DNA of 46,060 bases from Candidatus Poseidoniales archaeon. GTDB lineage: Archaea > Thermoplasmatota > Poseidoniia > Poseidoniales > Poseidoniaceae. Under the pieces are notes generated by a model. It did not search any database. It saw nothing but the letters and a program-made list of their open reading frames with translations, and was not told where the DNA came from. Shown in pieces: positions 26,385-35,600 of the stretch. The position numbers were made by a program, and so were the translations under genes. The stretch is from NCBI GenBank assembly GCA_003602635.1, contig QQSJ01000039.1, positions 1 through 46,060 of the forward strand. Reading direction: 5' to 3'. Each line of letters opens with the position of its first letter. The stretch's first letter is position 1.

Positions 26385-27437
26385 ATGGACGCCCGCATGC
26401 AACGCGCGGACCGTCCTTGCCGGGACGAGCAAGCCGTCAGCGAAGTGCTCGGCGTCATCATGCTTCTCGCCATGGTGATGACCATCATGGCCGGCGTCAT
26501 CGCCTTCCTGCAACCGTACCTCACGGACTTTGAGGACAACGTCAACTGGAAGAGCGCGAACGGCATTGCGGACCGGCTTGATGACCGGTTGGCCGTGGCA
26601 GGTGCTTCCCCCGAGGACGTGGGCGTACGGACGACCTTTGCGATTCAGTCCACAGAAATTCAGCCTCTGGACTTCATTGAAACCTGGAAGATCGAGGCTG
26701 ACCTGTCGCCCAATGACGCCATCGTGGTGGATCGCGTCGATGAATCGTCCTTCACGGTGAGCATGACCAACGGCACGGCGCGTTCCGCCAGCATCACCAC
26801 ACCGCTCGGGACGGAAACCCACGTCGTGGGCTTGGCGAACGCCACAGAACCCATTGAGCACGACGTCGGTTCCGAACATTGGTCGATCATCACGGTCTAC
26901 GATGCAGACGATCAAGCGATTCACCGCTCGGTGTCTTGGGTCCTGTCCGGCCTTGAGGTCAGCACAGAACTTGGCCAAGGCGACCACAGGATCGCCATGG
27001 TGAACCACGGGCGTGCTGAACGCTTTGGCGACGAGACATGGGACCTGCAACAGACCCCGTTGGTCCACCTTGACACGCTTGTCAACGGTGAAGTGCGGCT
27101 GACCATGGCGCTGAGGGACGTGACCACGACCGGCAGCATTGGGAGCGGACGCGTCCCGTTGGATTTCGTGTCCCTTGGCGGCCTGACCGTCTTTTCAGAA
27201 GAGGTCTGGAACCTGAGGTTCACCATGCGCAACGTCGTGGACCAGATCGTCACGCCCCAAATCCACGACGCGTGGCTGACCGACTACACGCTCAACCGTG
27301 CCGCAGGCACGCTTGACGAGCACGTGGGCATCAGTCCATGGCAGCGCGCCTCTGGAACCGACGGGTTCACGGTCCAAACGGCCGGCGCCCCCCTGCACTT
27401 CGAACTCGACGTGGCACGGATTGAGGTGAGGCGTTGA
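26385..27437 (+). CDS. Type IV pilin-like protein 1 (class III signal peptide), 350 aa
   Basis: RDEQA|VSEVLGVIMLLAMVMTIMAGVIAFL, an archaeal Pilin_N-like start. Confidence 0.8.
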   Translation: MDARMQRADRPCRDEQAVSEVLGVIMLLAMVMTIMAGVIAFLQPYLTDFEDNVNWKSANGIADRLDDRLAVAGASPEDVGVRTTFAIQSTEIQPLDFIETWKIEADLSPNDAIVVDRVDESSFTVSMTNGTARSASITTPLGTETHVVGLANATEPIEHDVGSEHWSIITVYDADDQAIHRSVSWVLSGLEVSTELGQGDHRIAMVNHGRAERFGDETWDLQQTPLVHLDTLVNGEVRLTMALRDVTTTGSIGSGRVPLDFVSLGGLTVFSEEVWNLRFTMRNVVDQIVTPQIHDAWLTDYTLNRAAGTLDEHVGISPWQRASGTDGFTVQTAGAPLHFELDVARIEVRR

Positions 27438-29608
27438 ACCTTCAACGTGAAGACGAGGCCGTGTCCTCGACCATCGCCACCGTGCTGCTGTTTGGAGGCG
27501 TGGTCAGCATCATTGGCATGATGATGGCGTCGATGATGCCCGTCATCATGGAGATGCAGGGCTCCATCGAGCGCAACGACATGGCCGCCCAGATGGGCCT
27601 CTTGGCCCAGCGTGCCGACGCCTTGGCAGAAACGGGCATGCCGGGGGACGCGGCCCACGTCGAAATCCGACCGATCGATGGACAACTTCGCTGGGACGAA
27701 ACCGCCAGTGGCATGTGGTATGCCGCCACATGGGCGGAATCTCACACCCTCCGTTCGCGCGGCCTGCTCGATTTCGACGCCGAATTTGACGTCCGTCATC
27801 AGGAATCGGAAACAACGGCGGTCTGCTTGGACGACCTGCGCCTGGGCGCGGATCGGCCCTTCCACTACACCACACCCGCTTGGGTGGAATCCATGATGAT
27901 CAGCGTCACACCCGGCGTGGCTGAAACGTTGGGACCTGTGAAGGTCAAACCCTCCAACGGTGGAGAAGACTTGGCGTTGCGCGCCGGCGATGTGGTCACG
28001 CTCGACCCTGCTCCGAGTGCCCTCAGTTCTGATGCGGCCCTGACGGTGGTCTACCTTCGCGGTGACGGAGGAGCCTTCCTCGCCTCACCAAGCGACGAAG
28101 ACCCAGTGGACGGAACCGGACGCGCTTGGACCGTCCCGTTGCCTGCTGGCCTTCATCGGATTCACCTGACCTCGGCCGACCGCGCCATGGTGGATTGGAA
28201 CCTTGGCGAAACACGTGACCGCGTCATCATGAACGCGACCTCGCAGGCCGAGGTGGCCTACGGCGTGAGCTTGGACCTCAACGTGTCCGCCCCTTCGCTT
28301 TTCCACGTGACCAGCAGTGCACCCGCCGACATGGTCGTCCACCTCGACCATGAGGAAGACCACGGGCGTGTGGCCCTCAACGCACACCGAGGACCAATGA
28401 TGGGGACCCGCTTCCTTCCACCTGACGCCCAAGGTCATCTGATTCTGACGAACCCCGGCTCAGAATCCGTCACCGTCACTTGGCGTGGAGACGGACGAAC
28501 CGTGGCTCCAGGAAGCCATGTGGACGTCGCATGGCCTCCGGCCGGAGCACAGGGCCCTGCATGGCTCACCGCCCAAGGGCGGCTTGGGGCGACGTGGGTT
28601 GCAGGCAACGGAACCGCCGACGGCGTGCGCCTGCTCCCCGCTGGCGACACGGGAGCAGCCTCCGGGCTCGTGTTTGACGTTCGTGACAGCGCCTTCACAA
28701 CCCACGAGGTGGTCTTGTCAGGGGTTCGAAGTGCCGTCGACGTGGACAACACAAGCATCCAACTGGACGCTGAGGGCAACACAAGTTTCGTTGTCGACAC
28801 CCTGCAGTACACGAGGATCAACGTCACAGGACACGGCGCACGGGTGACGGAAGTCGTTGGCGACCATGGCGCCACGACCGCGCTTCATGACGGCGAAGCA
28901 CGCTGCTTGGCCGTCGGCATCGAAGCCAGCGGCTGGGTCAGGCTTGACCTGCCATGGAGCCCAACCCTCGGGTTTGAACCTCAAGATCAAGCCACGGCAT
29001 GGCGCTCTGGCGTGCACCCCTCTGGCCTGGAGATGCGCGTTTACGGCGACGTGAACGGTGACGATCTTCATCCGATTGGAAGCGTGTACGCCGTCCACCT
29101 CTCTCGGCTGCAATACGCGTTTCAATCCTCCATCATCGGCATGGAAGTCGCCTATTCAGGTGGAGCGGTGATGACAAACCATCCTGAATTCGACCCGCTT
29201 GTGCTCAGATCTCCGACCGACCGAGGCGGCCCAGGGCCGCGCTTCGCGGCCACGATTCCTGCCTTGCATCCAAGCGTCAACAGCCCGGAAGGTTCCGGTG
29301 CGATGGACCTCACCCTCACGCTTCAATCGCGGGACGTGATGGCCTCCGCGCCGGCGCATGAAGTCCGGCGTGGATGGACCGGACCCTACGGTGGAGCCGT
29401 GGCGGAAACGGGTGCATATGCCCTCGAGGGAAGCGCAGATTGGACGGTCTATCCCGGGCGGCTCGACCTGCTTGACGACTACGTGGGATGGGTTCCTGAC
29501 CCGGCCTTGGGCACCTCCGAATCCGTGTGGCACACCGGCGGAGAGGTGGTCCAATTCTCACTGCAAATCGCCCTACTCGAAGTCAGCATGCGGGAGGTGA
29601 ACGTATGA
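27434..29608 (+). CDS. Large type IV pilin-like protein 2 (class III signal peptide), 724 aa
   Basis: REDEA|VSSTIATVLLFGGVVSIIGMMM; TTGA start/stop overlap with the upstream gene; GAGGTGA SD. Confidence 0.8.
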   Translation: MNLQREDEAVSSTIATVLLFGGVVSIIGMMMASMMPVIMEMQGSIERNDMAAQMGLLAQRADALAETGMPGDAAHVEIRPIDGQLRWDETASGMWYAATWAESHTLRSRGLLDFDAEFDVRHQESETTAVCLDDLRLGADRPFHYTTPAWVESMMISVTPGVAETLGPVKVKPSNGGEDLALRAGDVVTLDPAPSALSSDAALTVVYLRGDGGAFLASPSDEDPVDGTGRAWTVPLPAGLHRIHLTSADRAMVDWNLGETRDRVIMNATSQAEVAYGVSLDLNVSAPSLFHVTSSAPADMVVHLDHEEDHGRVALNAHRGPMMGTRFLPPDAQGHLILTNPGSESVTVTWRGDGRTVAPGSHVDVAWPPAGAQGPAWLTAQGRLGATWVAGNGTADGVRLLPAGDTGAASGLVFDVRDSAFTTHEVVLSGVRSAVDVDNTSIQLDAEGNTSFVVDTLQYTRINVTGHGARVTEVVGDHGATTALHDGEARCLAVGIEASGWVRLDLPWSPTLGFEPQDQATAWRSGVHPSGLEMRVYGDVNGDDLHPIGSVYAVHLSRLQYAFQSSIIGMEVAYSGGAVMTNHPEFDPLVLRSPTDRGGPGPRFAATIPALHPSVNSPEGSGAMDLTLTLQSRDVMASAPAHEVRRGWTGPYGGAVAETGAYALEGSADWTVYPGRLDLLDDYVGWVPDPALGTSESVWHTGGEVVQFSLQIALLEVSMREVNV

Positions 29609-30087
29609 GCCGTCTTCGCAAAAACGAGGAAGGTGCTGCCACAGAGCTGGGCTACGTCTTCACCTTCCTCTTGGGCGTCGTGCTCCTCAGCGTCTTCGGC
29701 GTGTGGGCGTACAGCATCGAAACGGCCACCCGTGAACGCTGGAACAACGCCGCGATTCAAGCGAACCTCGACGATGTGGCGGAAGCCGTGGAGCGCGCGG
29801 ACGACGCTGCCCGCCTTGATGCGGGCTTGCGGTACGTGGAGCGCGTCGATTGGCGTCCTTCGGAGGCCGATGAAACCACGATGACGCTCGTGCTTCAGCA
29901 GGACGTGTTGCGGTTGGACCACGGCGCCGGTGATTTGGACGCAGAGGTGCTGCTGTCAGGCCTCGGCCCGGCCGCGCACGAAGGAGAAGTGGTGTTGGCT
30001 GGCGTCGAAGCGGTGTGGGTCATCTACGACCAAGGCGTCACGCGAATCGCCCTTATTCCCCCGTTGGACACGCTCAGCGGTTCATGA
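29605..30087 (+). CDS. Small type IV pilin-like protein 3 (class III-like signal peptide), 160 aa
   Basis: MSRLRKNEEG(A)|ATELGYVFTFLLGVVLLSVFGVWA; ATGA overlap; GGAGGTGA SD at 29593-29600. Confidence 0.75.
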   Translation: MSRLRKNEEGAATELGYVFTFLLGVVLLSVFGVWAYSIETATRERWNNAAIQANLDDVAEAVERADDAARLDAGLRYVERVDWRPSEADETTMTLVLQQDVLRLDHGAGDLDAEVLLSGLGPAAHEGEVVLAGVEAVWVIYDQGVTRIALIPPLDTLSGS

Positions 30088-32602
30088 CCGCGGCATGGAC
30101 TTGGGCCTGCACGTCACGCATGCGAGATTTGGCGCCCAATTCACGGAACACCGTCAACGCACGCTGCAGGTATTCCATCCGACGTTGCTTGTCGGGTGTG
30201 ACCCCACCAAGTTTGGACAACAACTCGCCGATTTGCATTCGGAGGTCGTTGGCCTCGGCGATCACCAGGGCCTGGCGGTATTGCTCCGTGGCCTCTTCGA
30301 CTCGGCCTCCGTCTTCGTGGACTTCCCCAAGCAAGATGCTGATCTCGACGGTCGCCAGCACGTCGCCGCCCTGTGAGAGGGCTTCAACCGCGCTCGAATA
30401 GTGGTGGAGGGCCAATTCCGTGTCCTTCTCCTTCGCGTAATAGCGCCCCAAGACCGCTTGTGCACGTGCATGGAGCATGGCCTCATCGCCACCGTCTGTG
30501 CTTTCGAAGGCCGCGATGGCGTGGTCGCGCGCACGGTCGATCTCGCCCAGATCAAGGAACGCACGGGCGAGGCTGATGCGCGATCCGACCAAGGCCTTGG
30601 GCGTCCCGCTGGTGCTGAGGATGGTTTCGACCTGAGCGTAGGCCTCCAAAGCTCCCTTCTGGTCGTTCTTACGGCGCAAAAGGTAGCCCATGTTGTTGTA
30701 AGTCCGCGTGGCGCCTTGTTCGTCTTCAAGCGCAATGAAGCCCTCAAGGGCCTCCCTGTGAAGCGACAACGCCTCGTCTGGGCGACCCTGTTTCAGGGCA
30801 ACGTCCGCCAAGGTGGAACGCACTTCAGAGGCCGTACGTCGGTCGCCAGCATCCATGGCGCCTTCCAGCGCAGCGGCAAGGGCCTCGTGGGCTTCTTCCA
30901 ACCGACCCTGCAGGGCGAGCACCTCGCCTGACAATTGATGCAAACATGCGGCGTCGGACCGTTCAAGGTCCGCAAACGGGACACGTTCCAGCAAGGTCAG
31001 GACCTCCATGTGCCCCTTGCTGACCAAGCCTCGCCCTTCGTTGTTCAACAAATGGACGGCGTCCTCGAGCTCCTCGCATTCAATCAGGTGATGGATGTAT
31101 TCCACCAGTTGTTCAGCCGTGGCGTGATGGTCCGCGTACCAAGCGATGCATCGACGGTGAAGATCCTGACGTTGCTGCTGATCGAGGCTACGGAGAAGGA
31201 ACTCCCGAATGAGGTCGTGCACGTCGAACATGCTGCTGTCGGCTTGACGGGCCAATCCTTGGTCCACAAGCGAATCCAACACGTCCAAATCCAGGTCCTG
31301 TTGGCTGAGGGCATCGATGGAGACGGATTCCCGGAACACGGAGAGGGCCGCAAGCACGCGCTTTTCTTCGGCCGTCAACTTGGAGAAAATCTCGACGGAC
31401 ACGTAGGTTTCCAGCGACTCGTGGTATGCTCCTGCCGATGCACCTCGGTTGATGAGTTCCAAGACCAGCGGGTGACCGCGGGACAGGCCGTGAATGTGCA
31501 ACCATTGTTCGTCGGACAAATCCTCGAAACTGCTGAGCAGTTGCCGCGTGGCGTCCGGTTCCAATCCATCGAGGGGGAGCACGAAACTTGAGATTCGCCC
31601 CTCGGCGTCCTTGGCCGCGACCACGGGTTTGAACGAACGTGAAAACAAGACCAAGCCGACCAAATCCTCGGCCTCGATGAGGTTCAGAGCCATGGCCTGG
31701 ATGGTCTGGTGAAGGGTGGCGTCGGACACTTTGTGGTAGTCGTCCAAAATCAACAAGGAAGGCGTGCCCGAAAGGGCATCCACGATCAGCCGTGCGGCAT
31801 CCGACGGTTGAGCGACCGGGGTCGCAGCAAGGTAGTCTGCAAAGGACGCATCGCCCATGTTGGCGAGCCATTCTGCGATCGATTCCAAACACGCACGTGC
31901 GCTTTCCCAGTCCTGACAACGGTGGTAGAGCATGTTGCGGCGATGGGTGAAGCGTTCGACCAATTTCCCTGCCACAGTGGTCTTTCCAATGCCCGCAATG
32001 CCAGGAACGAGCAGGGTTGTCGCTCGGGCGTCAAGCAGGCTGACCACGTGGTCAAGTTCCCGTTCACGGCCGTAGAACTGGCGCACGCGAGGAAGATCGG
32101 CCAAGGATGTGACCAATTGCTTCTCCACGTGTTTCGAAAGATCACGGTCGACCAAATCTGGAGAGAGGCCTCGAACGTCCAGCACGCCGTTGTCGTCCAT
32201 GTAGCGGATCACGTCGACAGGGCGCATTGGGAACGGGAGGATCTCGTGCACCGAGCCAAGCTCACTCCGCTTGGACGAACCGTCCTCAAGCAGGCAATGC
32301 ACCGGATGCTCTCGCAAGCGGAGCCACGTCTCTTCCGCCGTGGTGATGCCACTGTCGGTCAGAAAGTACGCCTTTCGCTTGCGGGCAACGCCCGACACGT
32401 GGGCTTGACGTTCAACCAGAAGACCTGAGTCCTTCAACGATGCAATCGCCCTTGGAACGTTGGACCGCGCGATGGCCACTGCGTTCGCAATGCCCATCTG
32501 CGACAGAGCAAAGGGAACTTCCACGCTTGACTTGTAGTCCACGTAGTCCCTGAGGTGAAGCAGGATCCTCTCCTGCACACCGGGCTTCGGATTGCCGCTC
32601 AA
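30074..32602 (-). CDS. wHTH-STAND NTPase-TPR signal-transduction regulator (MalT-like NTPase), 842 aa
   Basis: N-terminal wHTH (SQMGIANAVAIARSNVPRAIASLKDSGLLVE...YFLTDSG); Walker A GIAGIGKT (31979-32002); Walker B LLILDDYH; GHPL motif; HDLIRE; C-terminal TPR-like repeats. Confidence 0.9.
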   Translation of the reverse strand: MSGNPKPGVQERILLHLRDYVDYKSSVEVPFALSQMGIANAVAIARSNVPRAIASLKDSGLLVERQAHVSGVARKRKAYFLTDSGITTAEETWLRLREHPVHCLLEDGSSKRSELGSVHEILPFPMRPVDVIRYMDDNGVLDVRGLSPDLVDRDLSKHVEKQLVTSLADLPRVRQFYGRERELDHVVSLLDARATTLLVPGIAGIGKTTVAGKLVERFTHRRNMLYHRCQDWESARACLESIAEWLANMGDASFADYLAATPVAQPSDAARLIVDALSGTPSLLILDDYHKVSDATLHQTIQAMALNLIEAEDLVGLVLFSRSFKPVVAAKDAEGRISSFVLPLDGLEPDATRQLLSSFEDLSDEQWLHIHGLSRGHPLVLELINRGASAGAYHESLETYVSVEIFSKLTAEEKRVLAALSVFRESVSIDALSQQDLDLDVLDSLVDQGLARQADSSMFDVHDLIREFLLRSLDQQQRQDLHRRCIAWYADHHATAEQLVEYIHHLIECEELEDAVHLLNNEGRGLVSKGHMEVLTLLERVPFADLERSDAACLHQLSGEVLALQGRLEEAHEALAAALEGAMDAGDRRTASEVRSTLADVALKQGRPDEALSLHREALEGFIALEDEQGATRTYNNMGYLLRRKNDQKGALEAYAQVETILSTSGTPKALVGSRISLARAFLDLGEIDRARDHAIAAFESTDGGDEAMLHARAQAVLGRYYAKEKDTELALHHYSSAVEALSQGGDVLATVEISILLGEVHEDGGRVEEATEQYRQALVIAEANDLRMQIGELLSKLGGVTPDKQRRMEYLQRALTVFRELGAKSRMRDVQAQVHAAVMNR

Positions 32603-32611
32603 GATCCAACC

Positions 32612-35600
32612 TCACTCGGTGGGAGGGACGTAGTTGGGGTCGGGAACCCACTGGTTGGATTCTGCGTCCCACAACCAACCTGGATGTTGACCGTCGCCCG
32701 CTGCTGCCGGCGTGGCTGCTGCGTTCTGCTGGGCTGGGATGGCGGGTGCAGACTTCTTGGCCCAAGCATAGGGATCCTCCTCGACCTGGGCTTCTGCAGC
32801 CATGGCTTCCTCCTCAAAGTCCTCGTATTCGACGAAGAAGGTCAGGACCACACCGGCCAAGACCACCACGGCGAGCAAAGCGCCGACGATGATCCAAATC
32901 ATGGACACGCCACCTTCTGCCGCAGCCTTTGGTGTCAACTCATACATGTCGTTGCCCTGTTGCCCGTCCATCTCGAAGTACACGCTCGTCACGCTGTCGC
33001 TGTTCAGTTGGTTGATGGTCACGTCCATCGACCACGTACCGTCGGAAAGCACGCGCGTCGAGTTTAGGCGAAGACCACCTGCGTCACTGCGGACCGTCAC
33101 GGTGGAGCCCGGGAGGCCTGTTCCTGAGAAGGAAGCAGGGACGCCCGTGTCCAGGAAGGCTTCGTTGCTGTCCTTTTGGACGTCGAATTCAACGGCTCGG
33201 ACCAGGAAGTTGACGCGGAAAGAGTAGGCCACTGAGCCGTATTCGTCCTGCGCTTCGAACATCACTTGCTCCAACGACCACTCGCTGATCTCGGTGGTGG
33301 TTTGGGACATGCCGTCCATCGGGTTGTAGGTGGCAACGCCACGGGCGTTGATGGTGATGTAGGCAGGATAGTCGTCGTCTTCGAAGGTGGCCGGGTCATC
33401 GAACACGTCGTAGATGAGCAACGTCGAATCGACGTCTGCATCGCTGAAGAAGGCGGCAAGGTCGATGCTTTCACCGGCGCCGCAGCGGTCGATGCTGTTC
33501 GAGTACTTGTCACAGAAAATCGTCAGCGTTTGCGGCCAGTCGAGGCCGTTGAAGACGGGAGCGTTGTTCTCCTTGTCGACCGGGTTGTCAATGCGAACGC
33601 GCCGCGTCACTTCTTCGGAGTAATCCTCGCCGTCGTAGGCACGGGCGGTGATCTCGTATTGTTGGTCATGGATGTAATCCGAAGTGTCCCAAATCGCTTG
33701 CCAACCGCCGTTGTCGAGGAACTGGGTCACAATGATCTCTTCATCCGACATCAAAATGCCAGAAGCAAGGTCAAGGATTTGGACTTCGACACGCGTCACC
33801 TGACCGTCGTTGTCAAGGGCACCGCCCTGGAGGTAGGTGTTCTCGTCAGCACGGAGAATGCCACCGTCGATGACAAGGCTGCCACCGGCGTCGTAGGCGT
33901 CCACCGTCACGAACGGTGGCGTGTTGTCATTCTCAATGATCAGGGTCCGGCGTTCCACGTTGCAACCGTCTGGCCAGTCGATGCAGAAGTCGGAATCGGC
34001 CGCCCAGACCTCAAACGTGTATTCGCCGCTGGGCAAATCCTCGAAGTTCCACTGGTATTCCCAGGCCGTCTGTCCTTGGGTGTACAGGTGGGAGAAGTAG
34101 TCGTTGGGACCGGTGATGTTGAACCAAATCTGTTGGATGTCGGAACCTTGGACACCCACGTATGGGTCAGAGGCAGTTCCGGTGAACAGCACCTTGCCGT
34201 TGCGGTGCGTTGAACCATCAAGGGGCTCGTTCAAAATCAGGGTGGGAGCGACGAGGTTGAGCTTGTACTTCCGTGTCTCTTGCACGGAGTTGTCCAATCC
34301 ATCGAAGGAACGGACGCGGAACGTCACGTCGCTTTCGCCTTCAGGGTGACCCGAAAGGTCCCACTCAAAGGTCCAGGACTTGAACGGATGGTTGTCCTTG
34401 GTGATGACACCGTTTGCACCGGACGTGTCCGTCGCAGAGTACCACGACTGGCTGCCCGGCGGTTGAACTTCCACGCGCTTCACGATGCCGAATTGCTTCT
34501 CGTAGGCGATCTGGTCGAGTGCATACTCACCCGGGCTTCCACTTCCAGCGATGCCGTCCCACGCCGAGCCGGTCAACGTGACCGTCGTGGCGAAGGAGGA
34601 GCCATCGAGTTGATCGACGACGACGCTCGGGCGGAGGTTGTCGAGGTTGATGATGTCATCAACGCCGCCGGAGAGGGTGAACGAGAAGGTCTTCTCACCC
34701 TTGCCAAACTTGTAGGCTTCAACCGTGTAAAACGCCTGTTCACGGCCGTTTGTGCAGTCTTCGTCATCGGTGTCCACCTTGGTGTCGCCGTCGTTGTCGT
34801 AGCCGTCGGCGCAGGAGTTCTCGTCGATGGATTCCACGGTTGGCGTCCCGGGAACGTCAACGGCGGTGTCGCCGACCACGTGGTTCCAGTTGCGGTCAAT
34901 CAGGAAGTCGCTTGGGAGCGAGACAAAGTCAGTGAATCCGAATGGGTCGGTGTCCAATTCGTACAGCGGCAGACCAACGGAGTCACGGATGACGACGGTT
35001 GCATCGGCCACGTTCGAACCGGCCGCCTTGACTTGGTAGCGAACCAATTCGCCCTTGCGCACCTGCGTGCCCCACTCTGAGTTTTGATTTTGCACGAAAA
35101 TCTTCGACGTGTCGAAGTTCTGCAAGTCAGCGTAAGAGAACACGGTCGAGTTGGTCACCAGTTCGATCGCCAGAGGCATGTCACGCGGGGGCATCTCGGA
35201 GGACACGGGGAGTTGGAGGCATTCGTTGGTGACGTATGGGCACTCGGCACCCTCCCAAGCCAGCATCACAGGGTAGCCTGAGCTGACGTCGGGGATGAAC
35301 TCGGATTGAACGGTGATGCGCGACTCGGTCACGTTGTAGACTTGGGTGGCGTTGGTCCAGGTGTTGTCGGAGAAGTAACCGATGGACCCGTACTTGTTGC
35401 CGTAGTTGTCGTCAAATTGGGAGATGCGCACGGCGAAGTCGCCGGTTTCCATCGTGTTGCCTTGCACGTTGACGATGCCACCGTTGACGCGAATGGCGTC
35501 ACCTTGGTTGTTGCTCACCGTGTTGTCTTCGATGGTGGCGCTGGCCATGAACACGTGGATGGCGGGGCAGGGGAAATCACCACCATACATGTAGTTCGAG

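Noticed and set aside
26385..30087. Archaellum (arl/fla) operon
   Set aside because: The N-termini lack the archaellin GIGTLIVFIAMVLVAAVAA signature, and no arlH/I/J is present.
30074..32602. STAND-TPR protein as an Avs-type antiviral system
   Set aside because: The N-terminus is a wHTH rather than a nuclease, TIR, SIR2 or protease effector, and there is no defence-island context. A regulator is more parsimonious, though defence is not formally excluded. The MBL gene is separate, on the other strand and YycJ-like.
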